Shown piece after piece: positions 34,829-45,706 of a DNA stretch of 64,000 nucleotides. The notes beneath the pieces were generated by a model that saw nothing but the letters and a program-made list of their open reading frames with translations, was not told the DNA's origin and ran no database searches. This stretch comes from an uncultured delta proteobacterium (lineage in GTDB: Bacteria; Desulfobacterota; Binatia; UBA9968): contig CAWJZV010000003.1 in the NCBI GenBank assembly GCA_963847445.1, positions 59,508-123,507 on the forward strand. The letters run 5' to 3'. The translations under genes were made by a program, and so were the position numbers. How positions within the stretch are numbered: the first letter of the stretch is position 1; each line of letters starts with the position of its first letter.

Positions 34829-36515
34829 TTGCCCCCTTCGTTGCCCATGTTTCAGAGTGACGCCGCCGTCAGTGATCGCGAACGCGACCGGTCGCGCCCC
34901 GTGATGCTGGTCGGATTTCAAAACCAGGGAAACCTCGGTCTCGGCTATCTTGCCGCGGTCCTACGTCGCCACGGCTACGCCGTTCAGGTGGTCGACATCG
35001 AGCAGGAGCCCGAAGCGATTGCGCGCATGGCGCGGGAGATCGACCCGGTTCTGATCGGGTTCTCCCTGATCTTCCAGTTCTACATCGATCGCTACGCACG
35101 GCTGCTGGCGCTCCTGCGATCGCACGGTGTTGCGTGCCACTTCACGATAGGTGGTCATTTCCCGAGCCTCAGCTATCGCCAGACGCTCGAGCTTATCCCG
35201 GAACTCAACAGCGTCGTCCGCTTCGAGGGGGAAATGACCCTGCTCGAACTGGTCGACGCCGTCAGCGCGTGCAAGGACTGGCAGACTATTCAAGGGATTG
35301 CCTTCCGCCACGAAGATGGCGTCGTGGCCACTCCGGCGCGAGCGCTGCTCGGTGATCTCGACCAATTGCCGTATCCGGAACGCAATTACCTGCCGTCGGC
35401 CGTGCTGGGGCGACCGATCATGCCGATCGTGGCCAGTCGCGGGTGCGCGCGCACCTGCTCGTTCTGTTCCATCCACACGTTCTACCGGGCGGCGCCTGGT
35501 AAGATCGTTCGCACCCGCAGGCCCGTCGGCCGTGGTGCAGGAGATGAAGTCGCTACACGAGGAACGAGGGACGCGCATCTTTCTTTTCCAGGACGACGAT
35601 TTTCCACTATTCGGTCCCGTATGGCGTCGGTGGGCGTTAGAGTTCGTCGAGGAACTGCACCGGCACGGTTTGCCGGGCGAGGTCATCTGGAAGATGAATT
35701 GCCGCGCCGACGTGATCGATCGCGAGCTGTTCTTAACCCTGCGCGATGCCGGACTGTATCTCGTCTACATGGGGCTGGAATCCGGGAGCGACCGTGGCCT
35801 GGAGACGCTGCACAAGCAGATTACCGTCGAACAGAATATTCGCGCCGTCCATCTCTTGAAGAGCATCGGACTGATGTGGGAGTACGGTTTCATGTTGCTC
35901 GACCCGTCGAGCACATTCGCATCGGTCCGGGAGAACCTGACATTTCTGCGAACGATTCTGGCCGACGGCTGTCTTCCTGTAACGTTCTGCCGCATGCTGC
36001 CCTACGACGGCACCCCCATCAAGGATGCGCTCGTTCGTTCCGGTCGATTGCTCGGCGACATCTGCAATCCCGATTATGACTTCCTGGACCCGCGGCTGTC
36101 GGAGTTTTACGAAGGCCTTTCAGAGGTGGTCAGTCTAACCGGCTGGATTCATGGACTGGAGGCGGTTACCCAGCAACTGGGATGCGCCTGGCACGAAGTT
36201 GCCGTCATGGAGAGACTGTTTCCAGCGCTGCCGGGCATCGGCAGCTACAAGCAGAGGCTCCGCCGCATCACAAAGACCAGCAACGATTTGCTGCTAGATG
36301 TCGTCGAGGATCTGTCCTACGTCTACTCAGAGGGTCGGAAGAACCGCTGGGATCCTGACCAACTCGAGCAGAGCCGGGCGGACGTGATCGAGCGTCTGCT
36401 GACGGCGCGCAACGAGTTCGTGCTCCGGCACCAGGACTTGCTGCTTAGGGCGCTTGGTGTCGAGAACACGCCGACCCTCACCGAGGACGCTGCCGGATTC
36501 GAGGTGATCGCGTGA
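34829..36515 (+). CDS. Cobalamin-binding radical SAM enzyme (class B type, about 560 aa); one frameshift near 35520
   Basis: B12 domain LGLGYLAAVL...IGGHFPS...VVRFEGE; ASRGCARTCSFC (CxxxCxxC); FQDDDF; GLESGS; YGFML. Confidence 0.92.
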
Positions 36516-36758
36516 GGCGCGAGCGGTGAAAAGTCGGCGTGAGCGATTGGTGCCTGCGTAATCCAAGGGAGCGGCGAAAAGACCCGCTAACAAGCTATTG
36601 CTCGAGCCGCCATGATCGCGGGACGTCACTGCTGACCCCATCGGGTCGCCAGTTTTCTTTTCAGCTTATCAGCAGCGTAGGATTTTACTGAATTCTCCCT
36701 CAGTAAAAGTAACTTTGTGCACCTGTCGTATCTTGCTCGCCAAACTTTCCATTGCGGC

Positions 36759-36976
36759 TTACACGGTCCAATCGCCAACGGACGAGCCTAAGATCTGCCG
36801 CAAGGCACTGTCACAGCGACCGGTATCGTGGACAGAATGTCGTAGCGAATTTCACCGCGGACGATCGGACACAGGATGACTCGATCGTTGGGTGGGAGTG
36901 AAGTCAAAAGTGCTGCTCCCTTTGCTTGCTTTCTCATCAGCTCGCTGACAGCATTGGTGCCGAACAGAAAGATCAT
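36759..36976 (-). pseudogene. VapC/PIN toxin remnant with internal deletion
   Basis: N-terminus MIFLFGTNAVSELMR (DTN changed to GTN)...PIVRGEIRY; C-terminus DSALRQILGSSVGDWTV* in another frame; middle missing. Confidence 0.7.
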
Positions 36977-37665
36977 CGCTCATTATCCGCAGCGTTTCTG
37001 CGGCACTCATCTTGCCGGCGCATAGGCAAACTTCCGCGCGCTTGATCAGTAGTCCGTTTCATCGACGGCTTCGTTGGGATTCGCGCCTACTGCCTAACCG
37101 CTGTGCAATAAGCGATCAGTTTTAAGGCACCTTGGATTTCGAACCGTGGCTAGAGGCCCGCCGTAACCAGGTAGTTCCAGTTCTCTCGCAAACGGCGCGG
37201 TCTTTGCGTACGTTCAGTTCCGATGGCTAACGCGCAGAGGCGGATTGCCTGTGCGCGAACCCTTAATTCAAGCTGCCGGACGGATACGCACTTGGGCGGA
37301 GCCGAGAGTTCGAAGGAACAGGCAACTCTTGCGGTCGAAAGACGGTGGTGACTGGAATCGTACCAGTCACTTTGGCTGCACGGGCAATCGTTTGCGAGTT
37401 CCGCGCGGTCGGATCGAGCCATTCGATCGCGGGGCCGCTGGTCGCGCCGCTCATTGTCTTGCTGTGGCCCAGGATTGAACTGCATCTCCAATAACCAAAT
37501 GTTGTGAAATTTGCTTGAGGCGTCGATCGTGCAAACGGTCCACCCACGAACGGGACTTTCATCTCCGGGGATTATTCTTCCGCAATATCGATTTTCAGAA
37601 CTGTGGGTGTATCATTGTTCCAAGAAAGTTTGGCGCTCAGTTCGTGAAACGCCGGGAGAGAATCT

Positions 37666-38685
37666 ATGCGAAACGGGAAGATCCAAATCGGCGTGATGGG
37701 TTTAGGCCAAATCGGCCGGCACCTTTATCAGCTTGCGGCGGAAAGCGACGATCTTGAGATCGTTGCGGTGGCGGACATCGGCAAGCCGGAAATTCTCCAC
37801 TATCTCCTCAACAGCGACACTGGCGACGCGCCGCAGTGCGAGCTCGATGACAATTATCTGGTCAATGGGAAGTTTCGCACGAGGATGCTGCAGATTGCCA
37901 AACCCGGAGATGTTCCGTGGGACGTTTTCGGGGTCGATTGCGTTATCGACGCCACCGGTCGATATCGACGCCGTGAATATCTCGAAACCCACCTGCAAAC
38001 CGGCGCGGGCCGGGTGATTCTCGCATCGCTGCCCGCGGAACCGATAGATCGCGTGTTGGTTCCCGGCATCAATGAAGCCAGCGCGGTTAGCGCCGACAGG
38101 CTGATCTCGGCAGGTTCGGCGACCACCAACGCGCTCGCGCTGATTTTATATTTTCTCGACGCCGCGCTGGGAGTTGACTGCGCCTCGATGACAACGGTCC
38201 ATGCCTACAGCAGCGATCAATCTTTGCAGGATTATGCTCACGAGGATTTTCGTCGGAGTCGGTCCGCCGCCCAGAACATCATCCCCAACGGCAATGAATC
38301 GCCGCGTTGGGTAGAACAGATCTTGCCAAAATTCGCCGGCAAGCTGAGCGGCTATGCCCTCAACGTGCCGGTGCAACGGGGATCGTTGTTGGATCTGAAT
38401 TGCGTGATGCACGACAGCGGCGTGACCGCCGCCCAAGTCAACGAGACTATGCGGGCCGCGGCAAACGATCATCCGCTGCTGATCGGCGTTACCGACGATC
38501 CCATCGTATCGTCCGATGTCATTGGCTGCCGGCAGTCATTGCTGTTTGATTCGCAAGCGACCCTCAAAGCGGGAAAAAACATGGTCAAAGTCTTGGCCTG
38601 GTACGAAAGTTTGGGTCATGCGTGCCGGGTGCTCGACGTCGTTCGGCACTATGGCAAGCTCGATGGCGCCAGAGGTGTGAAATGA
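37666..38685 (+). CDS. GAPDH-like protein lacking the catalytic cysteine
   Basis: GLGQIGR, PWDVFGVDCVIDATG, SAGSATTNALA instead of SNASCTTNCLA, TTVHAY, NIIP, SSDVIG. Confidence 0.9.
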   Translation: MRNGKIQIGVMGLGQIGRHLYQLAAESDDLEIVAVADIGKPEILHYLLNSDTGDAPQCELDDNYLVNGKFRTRMLQIAKPGDVPWDVFGVDCVIDATGRYRRREYLETHLQTGAGRVILASLPAEPIDRVLVPGINEASAVSADRLISAGSATTNALALILYFLDAALGVDCASMTTVHAYSSDQSLQDYAHEDFRRSRSAAQNIIPNGNESPRWVEQILPKFAGKLSGYALNVPVQRGSLLDLNCVMHDSGVTAAQVNETMRAAANDHPLLIGVTDDPIVSSDVIGCRQSLLFDSQATLKAGKNMVKVLAWYESLGHACRVLDVVRHYGKLDGARGVK

Positions 38686-39683
38686 GAGTCGCAATCAATG
38701 GTTTTGGCCGCATCGGCCGCACGGTCTTCCGAATTCTCGACAAGCGTGGCGACGTTGACGTAGTCGCGATTAACGACCTTTTCGACAATGAAGCGCTGCG
38801 CTACCTGCTCCATTACGATACGGTCATGGGTCCGTTCGACGGCGCTCTGCGGCTCGAAGGCGATGATTTGGTTACGCCCTATGGCCGAACGCGGATGCTG
38901 TGCGAAAGAGACCCGCTTAAATTGCCATGGAAGGATCTCGGAATCGATGTGGTAGTCGAGTCCACCGGCATCTTCACCGCGAAGGAACAGCTGACCCAGC
39001 ACCTGCGCGCCGGCGCGCAGCGGGTTGTGCTTACAGTGCCCGCGAAGGATGCGATCGATTACACGGTGGTCCTCGGCGTCAACGATGACGGACTCAAGCC
39101 GGAACACCGGATCATTTCCAACGCCAGCTGCACCACCAACTGTCTAGCGCCCCTGGCGAAGGTATTGCACAACTCTTTCGGCATCGTCGAGGGCGTCATC
39201 AACACGGTGCACGCCTATACCAACGATCAGCGACTGGCCGATGTGCCGCACTCGGATTGGCGGCGCAGCCGCGCCGCGGCGGAAAATATCATTCCGACTT
39301 CGACCGGCGCCGCCAAAGCAGTCGGCATGGTGTTGCCGGAATTGAAAGGTCGGCTGGACGGAATTGCCGCGCGTGTGCCGGTGCCCGATGGTTCCGTCGT
39401 CGACCTGTTCGTCGAACTCGAGAAAAGCGTGAGCGCGGACAACGTCCATACAGAAATACGCGCGGCCGCCGAGTCCCGGCGCATGCAAGGCATTTTGCAG
39501 TTCGTCGAAGTTCCGGTGGTGTCCTCGGACATTATCGGCAACCCCCATTCATCGATTTTCGACGCGGGATTTACCGCGGTCACCGGCGGCAAGTATCTCA
39601 AGTGTCTCAGTTGGTACGACAACGAATGGGGTTACTCGAACCGCGTCTGCGATTTGCTTAGCCTGATGGCAGGATGGAAATGA
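38682..39683 (+). CDS. gap: Type I glyceraldehyde-3-phosphate dehydrogenase
   Basis: INGFGRIGR, ESTG, SNASCTTNCLAP, HAYTNDQ, ARVPVPDGS, WYDNEWGYS; ATGA overlap with the upstream paralogue. Confidence 0.96.
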   Translation: MRVAINGFGRIGRTVFRILDKRGDVDVVAINDLFDNEALRYLLHYDTVMGPFDGALRLEGDDLVTPYGRTRMLCERDPLKLPWKDLGIDVVVESTGIFTAKEQLTQHLRAGAQRVVLTVPAKDAIDYTVVLGVNDDGLKPEHRIISNASCTTNCLAPLAKVLHNSFGIVEGVINTVHAYTNDQRLADVPHSDWRRSRAAAENIIPTSTGAAKAVGMVLPELKGRLDGIAARVPVPDGSVVDLFVELEKSVSADNVHTEIRAAAESRRMQGILQFVEVPVVSSDIIGNPHSSIFDAGFTAVTGGKYLKCLSWYDNEWGYSNRVCDLLSLMAGWK

Positions 39684-39814
39684 GCCATAGAGATTAGCAT
39701 CAACGATTGCATGCGCGCCGGAAAAACGCTGGTGCGTTTCTCGACGGTGATTCTGTTCACCGCGGTAACCGATTTGTAAAATAGATTGTGTAATCAAAGG
39801 AAGGAGCGTAGGTC

Positions 39815-40024
39815 ATGCAGGGCACGGAGATCGATCGGGACGAAGAGATTCGTCAGCTAGCTTATAGAATTTGGCAGGAAGCGGGGTGTCCAAACGGATC
39901 CGATCTTCAGCACTGGCTGCAAGCCACGGAACTTTGGCGGGAAATCCATAGTCCGAAAAGTCGGCCCAAGCCAACCAAAGCGAAAAAGCCAAGACAGACT
40001 CGCACGCTAAAAAGTGAGCTCTAA
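39815..40024 (+). CDS. DUF2934 domain small protein
   Basis: EEIRQLAYRIWQEAGCPNGSDLQHWLQA; aaggag RBS. Confidence 0.85.
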   Translation: MQGTEIDRDEEIRQLAYRIWQEAGCPNGSDLQHWLQATELWREIHSPKSRPKPTKAKKPRQTRTLKSEL

Positions 40025-40181
40025 TTGCCGCCTGCGCGGCGATTTGATTGGTTGCAAGCGGAAGCGCATCGCGGACCAGTTGCTAACTACCAAGCCGCCA
40101 GCGTGACGTCTTTGTCTCGCTCCGAAGTTCTGCGGCGCTAGTGTCATGGGAGCAAATGTCGGAATCCAATTTTCGGCTCAA

Positions 40182-42312
40182 TCATGAAACTTGGCGGGGC
40201 TCGATCAATTCGAAATCGATCTCGCTCCTAAACGCATTGATCTTCGCCACTCTCACGCGCACGTTGTCGCCCAAGCGAAACTTCTTGCCGTGGCGGCGGC
40301 CTTTGATCAGGTATTCTTTTTCGTAATAATCGTAGTCGTCGTCGGTGAGCGATGACAGTTTTACCAGGCCTTCGATGAAGTAGTCGTCGAGTTCCACGAA
40401 CAGGCCGAATTTAACCAGGCTGTTGACGAAGCCGTTAAACTCCTCGCCCATCTTGGTCATCATGAACTGGGCTTTTTTCAAACTGACCATCTCGCGCTCG
40501 GCGTCCATGGCGTGGCGCTCGCGTTCGGAGGTGTGTTTGCCGGACTCCTGCAAAGTGCGCAGCAGATCGGCGCGTTCCTTGGGTTTGAGCTTTTCTCCGC
40601 CCAGGACGCGGGCGAGCATGCGATGGACGATCAGATCGGGATAGCGGCGGATCGGCGAGGTGAAGTGGGTGTAGCACGCCGACGCTAGGCCGAAGTGGCC
40701 GATATTCTCGGGCTGATAAACCGCCTGTTTCATCGAGCGCAACAGCACGCGGTTGATCACCCGCTCTTCCGGTTTGCCGCGGGCGGATTCCAACAGCCGC
40801 TGAATCTCCAGCGGCGGCAGGTTCTCTTTATCCTGGGGCAGACGATAGCCCAGGCTCAGGAGAAAAGGCTCCAGGGCTTCGAGCGCGACTTCGTCCGGCC
40901 CGGCATGAACACGATAGAGCGTGGGAAAATCTTTGGCCGTGAGCTCGCGCGCCACCGCTTCGTTGGCGGCGATCATGAATTCTTCAATGATCCGGTGGGC
41001 GATATTGCGCTCGGCGCGGACGATGTCTTCCGGCAAGCCTTGCAGGTCGAGGACGATCTCGGCCTCCGGCAGATCGAAATCGAGATTGCCGCGCGCTTTG
41101 CGGTTGGCAAAGATCGCCAGCGCCAGCTCTTCCATCAGTTTGAAGCCGTCCACCAGATCCCGATAATTCTCCAGACATTCGGGATCTTGGTCGACCAGGA
41201 TGCGCCGGACATTGGTGTAAGTCATGCGCGCGTGGCTTGTGATCACCGAGTCGAAGAAGCGGCTGCGGATCGCTTCGCCTTTGCCGTTGAATTCGATCCA
41301 GGCGGTTTTGGTCAGACGCTCTTCATCGGGATTCAAACTACAGATGCCGTTGGACAGCGCTTCGGGCAACATCGGAATCGCTCGGTCGGGAAAGTAGACG
41401 CTGGTGGCGCGAGCATAGGCTTCTTGGTCGAGCGCCGTCTCCGGGCGGACATAGTGGGCGACGTCGGCGATGGAGACGAAAAGCTCGTAGCCTTGGCCCT
41501 TGCGCCGTACGTAGACGGCGTCGTCGAAGTCGCGGGCGTTCTCGCCGTCGATGGTGACGATGGGCAATTCACGCAGATCTTCGCGCCGGGCGATTTCTGC
41601 CGCGTTGATTTCATAGGCGGCATTTTTTACTTCGCGATGCACTTCCGGTGGAAAGCTCAGCGGCAGGCCGAAGCGGAAGATAATCGATTGCGCCTGCACC
41701 TCGGGATCGTTAGGGTCGCCCATGACTTGCACGACGGTGGCTTCCGGCGGCGATCATGGCGCTGCCGAAGCGGCTGATCTCGGCGGCGATGACTTTGCCT
41801 TCCGTCAATTTCGCGCCGGCGCCCTTGAGCGGCATGGCGCCGATGCGCGCGTCCATCGGGATCAAGAACGCGCGACCGTCGATCTTCTCGTAGGTGCCGA
41901 GCAAACGTTTTTGACCGCGCTCGATGACTTGGACGATATGGGCTTCGCTGCCGCCGCGCGCTTTACGGTCGATGCGCACCAACACTTGATCGCCATGCAT
42001 GACCCGGCGCATCTCGCGGCGGTTCAAGTAAACATCGTCTGCGTCCTTATCCTCCAGGATAAGAAAGCCGTAGCCGTCGGGGTGGGCATGGACGCGGCCG
42101 CGCAGGAGATTCTGCCGGTCGGGTAGGGCGTAATGATTTTTCTTGAGCCGGACGACGCGGCCGTCGCGGCAGAGTTGGCGCAGGGCGTCGATGACTGCCT
42201 GTAAATCGCCGCGTTCGAAGCCGGCGCGCCGTTGCAGCTCGGCCGGCGTAAAGCGGGCGCGCGGCTGTTTGTTGAGCAGACCGAGGATTTTTTCTTGTGC
42301 GTTGCCGGTCAT
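40182..42312 (-). CDS. rnr: Ribonuclease R; frameshift near 41740
   Basis: N-terminal HTH, HPDGYGF cold-shock domain, TIDGENARDFDDA, HFTSPIRRYPDL, C-terminal S1 domain. Confidence 0.95.
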
Positions 42313-42398
42313 AGGTGTTGCGCGAGCTTCTACTGGAATCCGCGGGATTTCAATCTCCTGGTTTCGAGTGGTTGTCGAAGGTTCGCTTTTTATTCGAA

Positions 42399-42479
42399 TG
42401 TAGGATGGGTTGAGCAGCCGCGATACCCATCATCCCCCGACGGTGGGTATCGGCGCGGTACGCCTCCACCCACCCTACA
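42399..42479. repeat. GTAG-type REP doublet
   Basis: tgtaggatggg...cccaccctaca; near reverse complement of 59112-59191, differing mainly in the loops. Confidence 0.85.
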
Positions 42480-42595
42480 ACTATGCTTAAAGCTTGTTTG
42501 TTTCGGTCCGCTGCCGCAAACGTCGTGACGAGGTTGTTCATTCGACAGTCCGAAAAGATTTTTTGGCTACGCTTCGAAATGACGGCCTGCGGAAA

Positions 42596-42877
42596 TTATT
42601 TTTGCACCGCTGTCATCGCCTCGGCTAACTCCACCATGAACCAATCGTCGGTCAGATCGGCGGGCCGGGGTATTTCCGCCAGCGGGATATCTTGTTTGAG
42701 CGAGTCGATGATCGCGCGCGCGGCGTCGACAAAGTCGGGCATCGCCAGCAGCACGATGATCGATTTCTTCCGGTCCACCGTGCGAATGATGCCGACTTCT
42801 TCGTAGGACTCGAAGATGAATTTGATATAGGCGATATGCTCGGGGGCGATCTCTAAATAGATTTCTTGCAAATCCAT
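42596..42877 (-). CDS. DUF4911-like small protein
   Basis: IAYIKFIFESYEEVGIIRTVD motif. Confidence 0.75.
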   Translation of the reverse strand: MDLQEIYLEIAPEHIAYIKFIFESYEEVGIIRTVDRKKSIIVLLAMPDFVDAARAIIDSLKQDIPLAEIPRPADLTDDWFMVELAEAMTAVQK

Positions 42878-42888
42878 GGCGGTTCCGA

Positions 42889-45558
42889 TTAGCGGTTGAG
42901 GAAGCGATCCAGGGTGTCGGGGAGCCAGCCCTTTTCTTCCTTGGGCGGGCGGTCGTCGCCGCTGTCGCGATCTTTAGCGCGCGGCTGGGGGCCGCGCAAT
43001 ACTTGGCTCAAGTTGCGGTTCTCGATGCGAATCCTGACGTTGGGTAGGGTGCCGTCGATGCGAAACGGGATCGCCAAACGGCCGCGCCGGTCCAGGATGT
43101 GGCGGATCCAGCGATAGTCCCGTTGGATTTCCTGGGTCAAGCCCAGCGACAGCACCAACAGGCCGTTCCATCGAGTGGTACGATCCAAGGCGAACCAGCC
43201 GGCGCCGGTGACGGTATAGTCCGGGGTCGAGAGGATCAAGTTGGCGCTACTGATGCGGCCATTCTCGACGGTGAAATTGGACTTGAAGGTGTCGAAGCGG
43301 GTGTCGTTATTTTTGGCGAGCTCGATCAGGGCGGCCGGCAGGCGCGCCTTGGCCTCCGCCGAGACGCTGGAGCCGCTGCCGCGCAGGAGCAGCTGTGACA
43401 ATAAATTAAAGTCCTTGATGACACCGCGCTGGATCGTCGTATCGCCGGCTGCCCTGAGCGATTGCGCCAGCGTGTCGCTCTTTCCCAGCATCACATCGTA
43501 TTGCGTTTGGCCGCTGATGTTGCCGTCGAGACGATCTTTGAGCAGCGGCAAGAAGCTCGCGAGCAACGGCCGCAAGTCGGCGGCTTTGATTTCCAATACG
43601 CCCTGCAAGCGCGCGCTATTTGCTCCTGCGGACGCTGTTTGGAAGCCATCCGAGCGAAACCAGCCCTGGGCGGCGCGAAAAGTCAGGTCCTTAAAATGCA
43701 GCCCGGCCGCCGACCACGAGAAGGCCGAGCGAAAATCGCTCATGGCAAAGCCGTTGAAGTTTCCCTGCAGTGCTGCCGCATCGCCGGCGATGCTTAACGC
43801 ATCATCTTGAGTTTGCGCCCGTCCCTTGACGCTCAACTGCTGCAGGCGCAGCGGCTGGGAGATCGCCAAAGCCGGCACATCGGCTAAGTCGAGCTCCGGG
43901 GCGGTTAGTTGGTAATCGAGCTTTGGCTCGGCAAGGTTCGGCATGATACCGGTGAGCGAGAGCTGCGCGCCGCCCAACCGGAAACCTGCGCGCTCGATGC
44001 GCGCTTGCTGGCCCAGGAAAGTCACCTGCCCGTTCAATTGCTCGATCTTGCCGCGGTTGCCTCTGCCGTGGATTTCGCCATTGGCGATGGTCACTTGGCC
44101 ATCGATATGCCAATTCGTTGGCGCCCCTGCCGGCGCCCGTTCGATGGCGAGATGCCAGCTGGCGCGGCCGGATTTTGCCGTGACGGTGCCGTTACTGAGC
44201 GGTGTCCAGAGCGCGAGAGGAGCGTCTTCGGCGCGCAATTTTAAATACAACCGGGGCGCGTCGATGTCTTGCACCACACCGGCAAATACCGTCTTGGCCG
44301 CGCCAAGGGTGAGCTCGGATTCGTGAATCGTCAGACGCTGGTTGCGGCGCGACAGCCGCGCTTTGATCTCTGCCGGGCGTTTGGCCGGTTTGCGCAGCCA
44401 GTCGCCGTAGCGGACTTCGCTATTTTCAGCGCGTAACAGCGCGCCGATGCGCAGATGATTCCAGGTGCCTGCGAAACGGCTGTAAAGGCTGACAGTGCCC
44501 TCGGTGACCAAGGCTTCGGGCAGGTTGTCGCGCAATGCCGGCAACAGGCGCGCCCGGCTGAGCGCCAAAGGATCGATTTTCACTTGCCCGTCGAGCTTAG
44601 CGTCGCTCCAGGTGCGTTGCTCGGTAAACTCCATCTTGCCGGTGATGATGGCGTTATAGTCGGAGGAACCGAACAGCGGGATTTTTAATGTAATGTTGTC
44701 AAGCCGCGGCTGCAGCAGGCTGCCGCCGGCTTGGGCTTGGAGCGCCATCGGGCCGGTGACATCGATCTCCTGCGGGACTCTTTCGCGCAGACCGGCGAAG
44801 GCGCGCAGGACCATCGGCGCGTGCAGCGAATCGAATTGAATCTTCAGATCCATGCCGCGCTGATACCAACTTTGATCCGCTTTGGCGCGGTGCAGCAGGC
44901 CCTCGATGCGCAGGTCTTGGCCGAGGCCCTCGGTCAGCGCTGCCGCCATGCGCACGCGAGTGGGCTCCTCGAGATCGAGGCCGCGCACCTGCAACTCGAT
45001 GCCGCGCAGGTGCAGCTCGGCGGGATCCTTGACCGTGCGGTCGAGATAAATGATTCGGCCGTCGTCGACGCGGAGCTCGTCGATGGCAAAGCGCACGCTA
45101 CTTTGACGGCGCTCGCCCGGCGCGCCAGACCGGCGACTGGGTATCCCGCCCAACTCTCTTCTTCGGCTGGCGAGCATACTGAGATTGAGCAGGCCGGTTT
45201 CGTCGGTGATGATTTGCATTTCCGGTCCGACAAAAGTGACGGAATCGATGACGATGCGGCCGGTAAAGAGTTGGCGCAGACTGATGCCGAGGATGAGTTC
45301 GCGCGCTTTCAAGATCGGCGTGGCGGCAAAGCGGCTGTCGTCGGCCAGGCGAAATTCGCGCACGACGAATCCCGGCAGCCACAAGAGCCGGACATCGAGG
45401 CCGTCGAAGTGCACGCTATCGCCGAGCAGGTGACGCAGTTCCAACTGCACCTGTTCGCGGTGCTTGTCGGCGAGTTGCTTGAAATGGCTGCCGAGGCCGA
45501 TGACCGCGGCAGTTAGTAGGACGGCGACGGCGATGGTGATTTTGCGCAGGTTGGTCAT
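42889..45558 (-). CDS. AsmA-like envelope (lipid-bridge) protein
   Basis: N-terminal TM anchor, long beta-rich body, C-terminal FDTFKSNFTVENG...IPFRIDGTLPN. Confidence 0.85.
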   Translation of the reverse strand: MTNLRKITIAVAVLLTAAVIGLGSHFKQLADKHREQVQLELRHLLGDSVHFDGLDVRLLWLPGFVVREFRLADDSRFAATPILKARELILGISLRQLFTGRIVIDSVTFVGPEMQIITDETGLLNLSMLASRRRELGGIPSRRSGAPGERRQSSVRFAIDELRVDDGRIIYLDRTVKDPAELHLRGIELQVRGLDLEEPTRVRMAAALTEGLGQDLRIEGLLHRAKADQSWYQRGMDLKIQFDSLHAPMVLRAFAGLRERVPQEIDVTGPMALQAQAGGSLLQPRLDNITLKIPLFGSSDYNAIITGKMEFTEQRTWSDAKLDGQVKIDPLALSRARLLPALRDNLPEALVTEGTVSLYSRFAGTWNHLRIGALLRAENSEVRYGDWLRKPAKRPAEIKARLSRRNQRLTIHESELTLGAAKTVFAGVVQDIDAPRLYLKLRAEDAPLALWTPLSNGTVTAKSGRASWHLAIERAPAGAPTNWHIDGQVTIANGEIHGRGNRGKIEQLNGQVTFLGQQARIERAGFRLGGAQLSLTGIMPNLAEPKLDYQLTAPELDLADVPALAISQPLRLQQLSVKGRAQTQDDALSIAGDAAALQGNFNGFAMSDFRSAFSWSAAGLHFKDLTFRAAQGWFRSDGFQTASAGANSARLQGVLEIKAADLRPLLASFLPLLKDRLDGNISGQTQYDVMLGKSDTLAQSLRAAGDTTIQRGVIKDFNLLSQLLLRGSGSSVSAEAKARLPAALIELAKNNDTRFDTFKSNFTVENGRISSANLILSTPDYTVTGAGWFALDRTTRWNGLLVLSLGLTQEIQRDYRWIRHILDRRGRLAIPFRIDGTLPNVRIRIENRNLSQVLRGPQPRAKDRDSGDDRPPKEEKGWLPDTLDRFLNR

Positions 45559-45706
45559 GGCGCCGGCGTGAACAGGCCAGCAGGGTGCAGTCGGCTGATT
45601 AAAAGCATCGCCGCCAAGCACGAAGCGTTGATTGACATCGCGGCGCTGGATGATAACCGTAGGCGCGCCCGGCTGGCGGCAATACGTGAGGAGCGCGCGG
45701 TTAAGC

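Noticed and set aside
37150-37562. ORFs or a riboswitch upstream of the GAPDH pair
   Set aside because: No recognisable protein motif or riboswitch consensus; only one short hairpin.
37666-38685. First GAPDH-like gene as erythrose-4-phosphate dehydrogenase (epd) or an ArsJ-linked GAPDH
   Set aside because: Epd retains the catalytic Cys, which is absent here, and no arsJ or ars genes are present.
42455-42475. cgcctccacc as an attR copy of the tmRNA 3' end
   Set aside because: The match is only about 10 nt and lies inside a REP that recurs at 59112, so it is coincidental.
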